NCBI GenBank assembly: GCA_030835025.1
Contig: JAUQWS010000071.1
Location: 20,365 to 84,364 of the forward strand
Origin: Ignavibacteria bacterium
GTDB taxonomy: Bacteria > Bacteroidota > Ignavibacteria > Tepidaquicellales > OLB5
Reading direction: 5' to 3'
Length of the DNA: 64,000 bases
The notes below the pieces were generated by a model. That model did no database searches and had not been told where the DNA came from. It saw nothing but the letters and a program-made list of their open reading frames with translations. The position numbers were made by a program, and so were the translations under genes. Numbering within the stretch: position 1 is the first letter of the stretch; every line of letters starts with the position of its first letter. This document shows positions 25,228-33,738 of this stretch, piece by piece.

Positions 25228-25971
25228 ATGACGCGCAAACTGCATTTCCTGGTCCTCATCATCATTTTTACCGGATTTTCAAGCATATCACTAAGCCAGT
25301 TTCTGCCAAGTTTTGCTTTCGCAGGCGGCCCCACTGTTGGCTGGCATTTTAATCCCACTAAAGATCTTAACGCAGAACTCGAAAAAGCAGGATTCCCGGT
25401 AATGTCGGAAAACGGATTCCTGACTCTTGGTGGAGGAGGATTTATTGACCTCCCGTTGAAGAATAATTTTCTCCGCATCGGCGGATTTGGCAGCGGTTTC
25501 CTTTCAAGGCTTACCAAAGCAGTTAATGATACCCTGACTAAAGATGCAAATTATTCATTGGGTCAGGGCGGCATTTACCTGGAGTTTGTTGTGCCGCTTG
25601 GTAAAGTGATCGATATTTCTGTTGGCACACATTTAGCTACCGGAACACTAAAGCTTGAGTTGTATCAATACGGGAAAGATCTCGGGAATTACGGCACAGT
25701 TTTCGGTGAGCTGGAACAGAACGGTTCAACAACTAATCTGGCTAGAACCTTCAGGTCCCAGTTTTATACAGTCCAGCCGCAGGTTGGAATCGGCATTATG
25801 CTTCGTAAGTTTATGTACCTTAAAATTGACTGCGGATACCAGCTGGGTGCGCAGAATACCTGGCAGGTAGATAACGGAATAGATGTCAGTGGATTTCCTG
25901 AAGGCATTGAGCCCAAGGGCCTGGTTTTGAATCTAGGTTTGAACTTTGGATTATTCATCAGGGATAATTAG
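25228..25971 (+). CDS. Hypothetical outer-membrane beta-barrel protein
   Basis: Starting at ATG 25228 gives a signal peptide, MTRKLHFLVLIIIFTGFSSISLSQ. The ORF-track start at 25207 is a TTG extension. The Gly/aromatic-rich alternating strands end LVLNLGLNFGLFIRDN. Confidence 0.6.
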   Translation: MTRKLHFLVLIIIFTGFSSISLSQFLPSFAFAGGPTVGWHFNPTKDLNAELEKAGFPVMSENGFLTLGGGGFIDLPLKNNFLRIGGFGSGFLSRLTKAVNDTLTKDANYSLGQGGIYLEFVVPLGKVIDISVGTHLATGTLKLELYQYGKDLGNYGTVFGELEQNGSTTNLARTFRSQFYTVQPQVGIGIMLRKFMYLKIDCGYQLGAQNTWQVDNGIDVSGFPEGIEPKGLVLNLGLNFGLFIRDN

Positions 25972-26004
25972 TCTTATAATAATCTTATAAAGGATCTTAT
26001 TTAA

Positions 26005-27000
26005 TTGTCTAAGAAGATTTTGGTTACAGGCGGAGCCGGTTTCATAGGGACAAACTTTGTCTATTACATGGCCGGGAAGGGTTACGATCAGGTTGTGCTT
26101 GATAAGCTTACGTATGCCGGGGGAAAAGATAATTTGGACCCGCTTATTTCCGCAGGGAAGATAAGATTTCAACAAGGAGATATTTGTGATAAAAACGCTG
26201 TAAAAGATTCTCTCAGCGGAATTGATTATGTAATTCATTTTGCTGCCGAAAGTCATAACACAAGAAGCGAAACGGATCCGGAGCTTTTTTACCGCACAAA
26301 TGTTGAGGGCACACGCATTATGCTTGAAGAATCTTTTTCTGCGGGTGTAAAGAAGTTCATCCATATCTCAACAGACGAAGTCTACGGTTCCATTGCCGAT
26401 GGTTATTTTGCAGAAGGTGATAAGAAGCTCGGCGATAGCCAGGCAACTTCTGCATATTCCAAATCAAAATCACAGGCTGATGACCTTGCAATGGAGTTCG
26501 GAAGGAATTATCCTGTCATTGTACTGCGCCCTACAAATAACTTCGGTCCGTGGCAGTATCCGGAAAAAGCTTTGCCAAGATGGATATCAAATATCCTTTT
26601 AGGCAGCAAAATCCCTCTGTGGGGAGAAGGACTGCAGGTAAGGGACTGGCTTTATGCACCTGTTACTTCCTCCTGCCTTGAGTTCCTGCTGGAAAAGGGT
26701 GAAGCGGGCAATGCATACAATGTAGCTGCAAACCATGAACCCGAAATTACGAACAAAACGGCTGCTGAGTGGCTTTGTGGGCTGCTGGAAGTTGATCCTG
26801 ATAAATGGATTGAATACATACCTGACCCGAGGCCGAACCATGATTTCAGGTATGCGCTTAATATAGAGAAGATCACAAAACTTGGCTTCAGGCCATTGGT
26901 TGATCCCTTTGCTCAGTTCCGTGAAACCGTAAAATGGTATAGAGAAAACCAATCGTGGTGGAAAAAACGTAAAGAAGAAGCAGAAAGCATATATAAATAA
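26005..27000 (+). CDS. rfbB: dTDP-glucose 4,6-dehydratase
   Basis: 331 aa with a TTG start. Motifs seen: ILVTGGAGFIGTNFV, VIHFAAESHNTRS, STDEVYG, YSKSKSQAD (YxxxK) and RPTNNFGPWQYPEKALP. Confidence 0.88.
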   Translation: MSKKILVTGGAGFIGTNFVYYMAGKGYDQVVLDKLTYAGGKDNLDPLISAGKIRFQQGDICDKNAVKDSLSGIDYVIHFAAESHNTRSETDPELFYRTNVEGTRIMLEESFSAGVKKFIHISTDEVYGSIADGYFAEGDKKLGDSQATSAYSKSKSQADDLAMEFGRNYPVIVLRPTNNFGPWQYPEKALPRWISNILLGSKIPLWGEGLQVRDWLYAPVTSSCLEFLLEKGEAGNAYNVAANHEPEITNKTAAEWLCGLLEVDPDKWIEYIPDPRPNHDFRYALNIEKITKLGFRPLVDPFAQFRETVKWYRENQSWWKKRKEEAESIYK

Positions 27001-27073
27001 TCAACATAAAATTGTTTTTTTGGCTCTGCCAGAAAAATCATGATGCAAAAATCAATAACGGGGATATATATTA

Positions 27074-28411
27074 ATGAGTGAAGTATTAAGAGAAAAAATC
27101 AAGCAGAAAAAAGCTAAGATCGGTATAATCGGACTGGGATATGTCGGTTTGCCTCTTGCGATCGAATTTGCCAGAAAGGGATTCCAGGTTCATGGAGTTG
27201 ACCTTGATGCAAACAAGATAAAATTGATCCAGCAGAAAAAGAACTACATCAAAGATGTGGTTAACAAGGATTTTCTGCATGCTATAAACAATAAGTATTT
27301 TACGGCTTCATCTTCATATGATAAAATTGGTGACCAGGAGATCATTTTCATTTGTGTGCCTACTCCCGTAACGGATAACAAGACACCTGATATTAGCTTT
27401 ATCATGAACTCTGCCGGAGAAGTGTTTAAGAGGATGAAAAGGCATACCCTTGTTGTTCTCAAAAGCACTACATTTCCCGGAACTACCGAAGATTATGTTC
27501 AGCCCCTTTTCGATTCTAAAGGCTGGAAAGCAGGTAAGGACTATTATCTTTCATTCTCTCCTGAAAGAGTTGACCCGGGTAACAAGATATATAATACCGG
27601 TAATACTCCGATAGTTGTGGGCGGTGTAACCAGAAAGTGCCTTGAGCTTTCGGTAATGATACTCCAGGAAGTTGCAACTAAAGTGCATGCAGTATCAACT
27701 CCGAGGGTTGCAGAAATGGAGAAGCTTCTTGAAAACATCTTCAGAAGCGTTAACATTGCACTGGTTAATGAGCTTGCAAGGCTCTGTGACAGAATGGGAA
27801 ATATCAATATATGGGAAGTTGTTGAAGCGGCTTCTACAAAGCCGTTTGGTTTTATGCCATTTTACCCAGGGCCCGGAATTGGCGGACACTGTATACAGAT
27901 AGATCCTTATTATCTTGACTGGGCTGCAAAGCAGTATGACTTTCATACGAATTTTGTTGAGCTTGCCGCCGAATCGAACGAAGAAATGCCGTTCTATGTA
28001 AAAGATATGGTAATGAGAGATCTTGCAAACCTGCCCGTCAAAGCCACAGATGCAAATGTACTGATACTCGGCACTACGTTTAAGCGTGATGTTGAAGATG
28101 CCAGGAACTCTCCCGCTATAAAGATAATTGAGCTGCTTTATAAAGAAGGGATAACCAATATTAATTTCCATGACCCGTATATGAGGACTATCCGGCTTAT
28201 GGATAAGATCTTCAGGGTTCAGGAGTTGAACGAAAAACTTCTGAAAGATGCAGATGTTACCGTAATTGTAACGGACCATACGACATATGATTATGAATGG
28301 ATAGTAGCTTTTTCAAAGCGCCTTATTGATACAAGGAACGCAACAAAGAAGATCAAAAATAACAGGGATAAGATCTCTCTTCTTGGCGGAGTTCCCCATA
28401 AAGTCAGCTGA
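27074..28411 (+). CDS. wecC: Nucleotide-sugar dehydrogenase, UDP-N-acetyl-D-mannosamine/glucosamine dehydrogenase-like
   Basis: 445 aa. Motifs seen: IGIIGLGYVGLPLAIEFA, the catalytic Cys motif PGPGIGGHCIQIDPYYL, and FKRDVEDARNSPA. It lies directly upstream of wecB. Confidence 0.85.
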   Translation: MSEVLREKIKQKKAKIGIIGLGYVGLPLAIEFARKGFQVHGVDLDANKIKLIQQKKNYIKDVVNKDFLHAINNKYFTASSSYDKIGDQEIIFICVPTPVTDNKTPDISFIMNSAGEVFKRMKRHTLVVLKSTTFPGTTEDYVQPLFDSKGWKAGKDYYLSFSPERVDPGNKIYNTGNTPIVVGGVTRKCLELSVMILQEVATKVHAVSTPRVAEMEKLLENIFRSVNIALVNELARLCDRMGNINIWEVVEAASTKPFGFMPFYPGPGIGGHCIQIDPYYLDWAAKQYDFHTNFVELAAESNEEMPFYVKDMVMRDLANLPVKATDANVLILGTTFKRDVEDARNSPAIKIIELLYKEGITNINFHDPYMRTIRLMDKIFRVQELNEKLLKDADVTVIVTDHTTYDYEWIVAFSKRLIDTRNATKKIKNNRDKISLLGGVPHKVS

Positions 28412-28428
28412 TCTATTCTATTGACCAT

Positions 28429-29568
28429 TTGAATAAACGCAAAAAGATAATCTCGGTTGTAGGGGCAAGGCCCAATTTTATGAAACTTGCCCCTATTGAA
28501 CGCGAGTTCAGGAAACATAAGTCCCTTTTCAAGCATTTAATTGTGCATACCGGCCAGCATTATGACCACAAGCTTTCAAAGGTCTTTTTCAGTGATCTGG
28601 AGCTTCCCGAGCCGGATATATATCTTGGCGCCGGTTCCGCTTCGCATGCGGAGCAGACTGCAAAGATCATGGCTGAGTTTGAAAAAGTTGTGCTGCGAGA
28701 AAAACCTGATCTTGTAATTGTCTTTGGTGATGTTAATTCAACCGTTGCCTGTGCACTTGTATGTTCTAAGATCCATCACAATGGCGGCACTATTCCGTTA
28801 GCTCATGTTGAATCCGGGCTGCGAAGCCTTGATAGGACAATGCCGGAGGAGATTAACCGTATTGTAACGGATGTATTATCCGAATACCTTTTTGTAACTG
28901 AAAAGATCGGAGTGACAAATCTGGTAAAAGAAGGTATTAACAGGAAGAAAATCTTTCTCACCGGCGATACAATGATAGATTCGCTGAAATATTACAAACA
29001 TGAGATTGCAAAGTCCGTAATATTAAATAAGCTGAGTTTGATCCCCGGGAAGTATATTCTTTCCACGATACACCGTCCCGTAAATGTTGACAGTAAATCA
29101 AATTTCAGAAAGATCATTGATATTTTCAGCGCCATTTCCGGCTTAGCATGCAAGAGTATAGATTTCAGGATAGTTCTGCCTGTTCATCCGCGTACTTTAA
29201 AAATGGCCGAAAAATTTGGGCTGCTTAACGAGCTTCGTTCAATCAACGGACTCATGCTTACGGAACCGGCGGGCTACATTGATTTCATAAGGCTGCTGAG
29301 GGATTCCATGGCAGTCATTACGGATTCCGGCGGCATACAGGAAGAGGCAACTTTTCTCAGGATTCCTTGTTTAACTTTAAGAGATTCATTCGAAAGACCG
29401 GAGACACTTAATATGGGCACGAACACGCTTTGCGGGCTTGACGAAGCCCTGGTATTAAGGAAGATAAGGGAAATATTCAGCGGCAAATATAAGAAGGGGC
29501 GCATTCCGGAATTAATGGATGGCAAAGCCGCTTCAAGGATCGTGAACATCATCAAAACCAGCCTTTAA
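28429..29568 (+). CDS. wecB: UDP-N-acetylglucosamine 2-epimerase (non-hydrolysing)
   Basis: 379 aa with a TTG start. The conserved VVGARPNFMKLAP precedes the first ATG. Other motifs: VHTGQHYD, VFGDVNSTVA, HVESGLRS and ITDSGGIQEEA. Confidence 0.92.
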   Translation: MNKRKKIISVVGARPNFMKLAPIEREFRKHKSLFKHLIVHTGQHYDHKLSKVFFSDLELPEPDIYLGAGSASHAEQTAKIMAEFEKVVLREKPDLVIVFGDVNSTVACALVCSKIHHNGGTIPLAHVESGLRSLDRTMPEEINRIVTDVLSEYLFVTEKIGVTNLVKEGINRKKIFLTGDTMIDSLKYYKHEIAKSVILNKLSLIPGKYILSTIHRPVNVDSKSNFRKIIDIFSAISGLACKSIDFRIVLPVHPRTLKMAEKFGLLNELRSINGLMLTEPAGYIDFIRLLRDSMAVITDSGGIQEEATFLRIPCLTLRDSFERPETLNMGTNTLCGLDEALVLRKIREIFSGKYKKGRIPELMDGKAASRIVNIIKTSL

Positions 29569-29677
29569 AATATTAATCCTACAATATTGGATTTCCTATC
29601 TTTTAAAAAAGAAGTAACTTTAAAATTGCACTGAAGTATCTTCAGAGGCATATCACAAGCTAAGTAAAATTAACTTC

Positions 29678-30415
29678 TTGGGCGGAAAAAAGTATTATTT
29701 CTTTTCTGATGTTCACCTGGGATTTGGCTCAAAAGATGAAGAAAACGCCAAAGAACTGAAACTTGTCAGCTTTCTTGAAAGTATAAGCAATACCGCCGAA
29801 AAGATCTATATAGTCGGCGATCTTTTTGACTGCTGGATAGAATATAGAAGAGCTGTACCGAAGGGCTTTTACAGAACACTTTCGAAACTCAGGGAGTTAA
29901 CAGACCGCGGAATTGAGATACATTTTTTTTCAGGTAACCATGACTTTTGGCTGAATACCTATTTGAGAGATGATGTGGGCATGAAGCTTTACGGTGACTC
30001 GCTGGAAACTGTAATAGACGGTAAGAAATTTCACATTTCTCATGGCGACGGGCTTTCAAAAGGTGATATAGGGTATAAAGTAATAAAGAAGATACTCAGG
30101 AACAGGATAAACCAGTTCTTGTATTCGCTTATTCATCCGGATATTGGTTTATGGCTGGCACAGGGTTCATCAAAGAAATCAAGGCTTCATACCGATGACC
30201 GTTCACATGGTGACGGAGGGATGAGAGAGTTTGCTGAGAAGAAGATAGGGGAAGGATTTGATTACGTTATTTTGGGACATCTCCACACACCGGTTGATGA
30301 ACTGATCGGATCAGGTAGTCACGAAGGTCATTACATTTTGTTAGGCGATTGGATAAAGAATTTTTCATACGGCGAGTATTCTGAAGGAAATTTTGAACTG
30401 AAGAAATTTGTTTAA
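29678..30415 (+). CDS. lpxH: UDP-2,3-diacylglucosamine diphosphatase LpxH
   Basis: 245 aa with a TTG start. Calcineurin-like metallophosphatase motifs are FFSDVHLG, VGDLFD, GNHDFW, HGD and GHLH. Confidence 0.85.
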   Translation: MGGKKYYFFSDVHLGFGSKDEENAKELKLVSFLESISNTAEKIYIVGDLFDCWIEYRRAVPKGFYRTLSKLRELTDRGIEIHFFSGNHDFWLNTYLRDDVGMKLYGDSLETVIDGKKFHISHGDGLSKGDIGYKVIKKILRNRINQFLYSLIHPDIGLWLAQGSSKKSRLHTDDRSHGDGGMREFAEKKIGEGFDYVILGHLHTPVDELIGSGSHEGHYILLGDWIKNFSYGEYSEGNFELKKFV

Positions 30416-30447
30416 TTACAGTACTGAAGGAAGAATTGAATTAATAG

Positions 30448-32760
30448 ATGTTTGAGAGCAAAAACAAGAAAGCACCAAAGACAATAGAGCGGGAAGAGTA
30501 CTTTAACAACCGCGATTACAGACGGAAGATGATGAAGAAAAAGAAAAGGTCTTCATCAAGAAAGCTGAGCCTGTTTGCTGTTGTTTTGCTTGTTATCGGC
30601 GGACTGACAATTGCATACGGCGCATTCCTCTTTAACGGGCTGCCCCCGCTTTCCAGCCTTGAAAATCCCAAGACAGATCTTGCTACACGGGTTTACTCCG
30701 AAGATGGTGAGCTTATAGAGCAGTTTTTCATCGAAAACAGGACAATCGTTTCGCTTGATGCCATACCGAAAGACCTTATTAATGCACTCATCGCCACAGA
30801 GGACAGAAAATTCTTTAAGCACTGGGGAATTGACCTTGACAGGATAGTAAAGGCAATGATCAAGAATGTAACCAGCTTATCTATAAAAGAAGGGGCAAGC
30901 ACAATTACTCAGCAGCTGGCAAGAAACCTCTACAGGGCAGAAATAGGAAGGGCTATTTCTATCACCCGTAAAATGAGGGAGGCGATCACTGCAATTCAGA
31001 TAGAGAAGACATACACAAAAGATGAAATACTTCTGCTATACCTTAACCAGGTCTATTTTGGAAGGGGAGCGTATGGTGTTGAAGCCGCAGCAAAGACCTT
31101 TTTTGATAAATCCGTAACAGAGCTTACGCTTGATGAATGTGCAATGCTTGTGGGTATGGTAAAGAACCCGTCAGGTTATTATGACCCCGTCGAAAATCCC
31201 GAAAACTGCCTTGAAAGAAGAAACCTCGTACTTAACAATATGTACGAAGAGGATTATATTACTAAAGAGGTTTATGACCTCGCAAAAAATGATCCTATCA
31301 AGGCACAGCCCAAGACAATGCAGAAACAGAACGCAGGTATTGGCGGACAATTCAGTGAATACGTCAGACAGTTACTGGAGAAGAAAGCCGAAAAATACGG
31401 ATTCAATATTTACCGTGATGGACTTGTTGTAACCACAACCCTTAACACAAAGATGCAGAAGTTTGCAACTGATGCAGTTACCAACCAGCTTAAGGAATTC
31501 CAGCGATCTTTTAATTCTACCTGGAACTGGAAAGGAAACCGTGACCTGCTGAATGATGCCGTTGATAAATATATCAAGCAGAGTGATGTCTATAAAAAGG
31601 CAAAGACCGATGCCGACAGGCAAAAGATCTATAATAAACTGAAACAGGATGAAGACTTTGTAAATGGTGTTAAAGAAAGAGAAATTGCAGTACAGGTCGG
31701 ATTTGTATGCATAGACCCGAAAACCGGTTCAATAAAAGCGATGGTTGGGCAGAACCCGAACTATCCCTTTAAGTACGGACTTAATCATGTAACACAGATA
31801 AAAAGGCAGCCGGGTTCTTCATTCAAGGCATTTGTATATACAACTGCTCTTGATAACGGTTATTCACCTGCCTATACAATTTCAAATGATCCGCTAAGGG
31901 TTGTAATAGGCGGACAAACATGGTCACCCAAGGGCGGCGGAACAGGCGGAATGGTTACTTTACGGGATGGTATTACCCATTCAATAAACGTTGTAGCTGT
32001 AAGAACCTCTATGGAACTTGCGCCCATTGATCAGGTGATAAAGCTTGCACATAAAATGGGGATCAACTCAGAACTTCCGAATGTACTCTCTCTTGCATTG
32101 GGAGTAGGTGAAGTCTCGCCGCTTGAAATGACAAGCGCCTTCGGAGTATATCCGAACGAAGGCATCTGGGTTGAGCCGCATGCTATTATGAAGATTGAAG
32201 ACAGGTACGGTAACATAATTGAAGAGACAATTCCTGAAACCAGGGAGGTTATCAGCGAAGGTGTTGCGTACATGATGAGCGATATGATGGAGGATGTTGT
32301 TAATGACGGAACGGCCCAAAGCATCAGGGCTTACTTTAACAGGCCCGCCGCCGGTAAGACCGGTACGACTCAGGATTACACAGATGCGTGGTTCGTTGGG
32401 TTTACTCCCCAGCTTGTTGCGGGCTGCTGGCTTGGATTTGACGATTCGAGGATCAAGTTTGGCGGTGCTTACGGTCAGGGCGGAAGAGCTGCGGCTCCAA
32501 TATGGGGAAGATTCATGAAATATGTTTATGATGACCCTTCCACAACAATGGAGCTTAAGTACTTTGAAATGCCTCCCGATGTTATGGAGGCAAGTGTCTG
32601 CACTATTACCGGACTGCTGGGTAATGAATCCTGCCCGTCTTATGTTGATCTTATACTAAAGAAAAACACCCAGCGCAGATGCAGCATGACACATGTCGGA
32701 ACAGATACCGAAGGCGGTGAAACTACCGGTGACCCACCGCCGGGAAGCATAGGATTCTGA
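30448..32760 (+). CDS. mrcA: Penicillin-binding protein 1A (bifunctional transglycosylase/transpeptidase)
   Basis: 770 aa with a basic cytoplasmic tail and a TM anchor. GT51 motifs are EDRKFFKHWGID and GASTITQQLARN. Transpeptidase motifs are GSSFK, SIN and KTGTT. Confidence 0.93.
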   Translation: MFESKNKKAPKTIEREEYFNNRDYRRKMMKKKKRSSSRKLSLFAVVLLVIGGLTIAYGAFLFNGLPPLSSLENPKTDLATRVYSEDGELIEQFFIENRTIVSLDAIPKDLINALIATEDRKFFKHWGIDLDRIVKAMIKNVTSLSIKEGASTITQQLARNLYRAEIGRAISITRKMREAITAIQIEKTYTKDEILLLYLNQVYFGRGAYGVEAAAKTFFDKSVTELTLDECAMLVGMVKNPSGYYDPVENPENCLERRNLVLNNMYEEDYITKEVYDLAKNDPIKAQPKTMQKQNAGIGGQFSEYVRQLLEKKAEKYGFNIYRDGLVVTTTLNTKMQKFATDAVTNQLKEFQRSFNSTWNWKGNRDLLNDAVDKYIKQSDVYKKAKTDADRQKIYNKLKQDEDFVNGVKEREIAVQVGFVCIDPKTGSIKAMVGQNPNYPFKYGLNHVTQIKRQPGSSFKAFVYTTALDNGYSPAYTISNDPLRVVIGGQTWSPKGGGTGGMVTLRDGITHSINVVAVRTSMELAPIDQVIKLAHKMGINSELPNVLSLALGVGEVSPLEMTSAFGVYPNEGIWVEPHAIMKIEDRYGNIIEETIPETREVISEGVAYMMSDMMEDVVNDGTAQSIRAYFNRPAAGKTGTTQDYTDAWFVGFTPQLVAGCWLGFDDSRIKFGGAYGQGGRAAAPIWGRFMKYVYDDPSTTMELKYFEMPPDVMEASVCTITGLLGNESCPSYVDLILKKNTQRRCSMTHVGTDTEGGETTGDPPPGSIGF

Positions 32761-32848
32761 TTTTATGTAACTTAGATGATTTCTAGATATCTGTGTTTTA
32801 TTGACATTAGTCATTTTTTTAGTTGACCAATAGTGTTATTTTTGTTAG

Positions 32849-33253
32849 GTGTTTAAGTTAAGACAAAATATTATCCGGATCGTACTTGCTGCTTTAGTGC
32901 TAACTTCAGGCAACTTTGCATTTGCGGTTTCACATGGCGATTGCCTAAGCGATGAAACCGGGCATCACAAATGCGAAATGGAATGCTGCAATGAGCGAGA
33001 TTGCTTCACTGAAGATCAGAAGTCTGTTGCGATAACAGATGAAAGCAGCGGGTGCTGCCAAACTCATATTGAAAAAGCAGTCGAACAGGAAGATGCAGTT
33101 CTGATAGTTAATAAAACCGGTGATGTTCAGAAACATCCTGTTTGCTCACTCGGTGTATACATCAGTATCTTTTCATCATTAGATTTTTCAGTTGTTACCC
33201 ATAAGTTTAAAACCACAAATATTCCGGTAGAATTTTCAAACCTCAGGATTTAG
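32849..33253 (+). CDS. Hypothetical secreted Cys/His-rich protein
   Basis: 134 aa with a GTG start and a signal peptide (IVLAALVLTSGNFAFA). The mature N-terminal part, HGDCLSDETGHHKCEMECCNERDCFTEDQ...SSGCCQTH, contains 7 Cys and 4 His in 45 residues. No family recognised. Confidence 0.55.
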   Translation: MFKLRQNIIRIVLAALVLTSGNFAFAVSHGDCLSDETGHHKCEMECCNERDCFTEDQKSVAITDESSGCCQTHIEKAVEQEDAVLIVNKTGDVQKHPVCSLGVYISIFSSLDFSVVTHKFKTTNIPVEFSNLRI

Positions 33254-33335
33254 CCCTCTTACTTCACTTTGATCATTTCATGTCGGACTGCCCGGAAGGG
33301 CTGTTGATTATCATAATTAGAAATTAGAAAGAACT

Positions 33336-33725
33336 ATGAAAAGTTTAGTTATATTTTCATCATTATTTATATTAGGAATAGTTGCATTACCGCACGAAAA
33401 TACTTTTGCGGCATATACGCAGAGTTCAGATTCTTTGAAGATATGCTTGGTTGATAGTGAACAGGTTTCAGGAAGCGGTATCAGTTATCGCTATATTGAT
33501 AGAGATCTGCTGCTGTGCAGCGAAGGATGCGAAATGGCGTTTAAAAAGGAACCGGCAAAATACATGAATGAAGGACTTAAGTGCATGCCATGCGGAGAAG
33601 ATGACGCAAATAAGGAGATATCTAGTGTGCATAATGGTGTAAAATATTATTTTTGCGGCAAAGGATGCAAAGGAAAGTTTGAAAAAGATGCGCAAAGATA
33701 TCTGGATAAATTCAACGAAAATTAA
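33336..33725 (+). CDS. Periplasmic tandem YHS/TRASH-like metal-binding domain protein
   Basis: 129 aa with a signal peptide. It has two YHS-like modules: CLVDSEQVSG..YRYIDRDLLLCSEGCEMAFKKEPAKYM and CMPCGEDDANKEISSVHNGVKYYFCGKGCKGKFEKDAQRYL. Confidence 0.75.
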   Translation: MKSLVIFSSLFILGIVALPHENTFAAYTQSSDSLKICLVDSEQVSGSGISYRYIDRDLLLCSEGCEMAFKKEPAKYMNEGLKCMPCGEDDANKEISSVHNGVKYYFCGKGCKGKFEKDAQRYLDKFNEN

Positions 33726-33738
33726 AATTGTGGTTTAT

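Noticed and set aside
25191-25517. A 108-aa minus-strand ORF overlapping the start of the beta-barrel gene.
   Set aside because: The plus-strand frame has a signal peptide, a barrel-like pattern, a promoter box and a longer ORF. The minus-strand product is Pro/Arg-rich with no features.
27695-28279. A 194-aa ORF on the minus strand inside the wecC region. Similar long antisense ORFs occur at 39268-39813 (181 aa), 40973-41422 (149 aa), 42211-42636 (141 aa), 15236-15661 (141 aa), 25951-26364 (137 aa), 50624-51028 (134 aa) and 63509-63913 (134 aa).
   Set aside because: Each is fully overlapped by an opposite-strand gene with clear conserved enzyme motifs. Their translations are low-complexity or Cys/Arg/Ser-rich with no recognisable motifs. 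They are typical shadow ORFs.
29631-29645. A hairpin, ctgaag-tat-cttcag, between wecB and lpxH.
   Set aside because: It has only 6 bp, a 3-nt loop and no T-tract. It is too weak to call a terminator or a regulatory element.
33679-33738. N-terminal extensions proposed by the longest-ORF track. They occur at 33679 (TonB-dependent receptor), 62232 (DUF2087), 63373 (racemase), 25207 (barrel) and 9763 (EamA).
   Set aside because: The extensions overlap the preceding gene and encode non-conserved sequence. Internal starts give proper signal peptides or family-typical N-termini and remove the overlaps.
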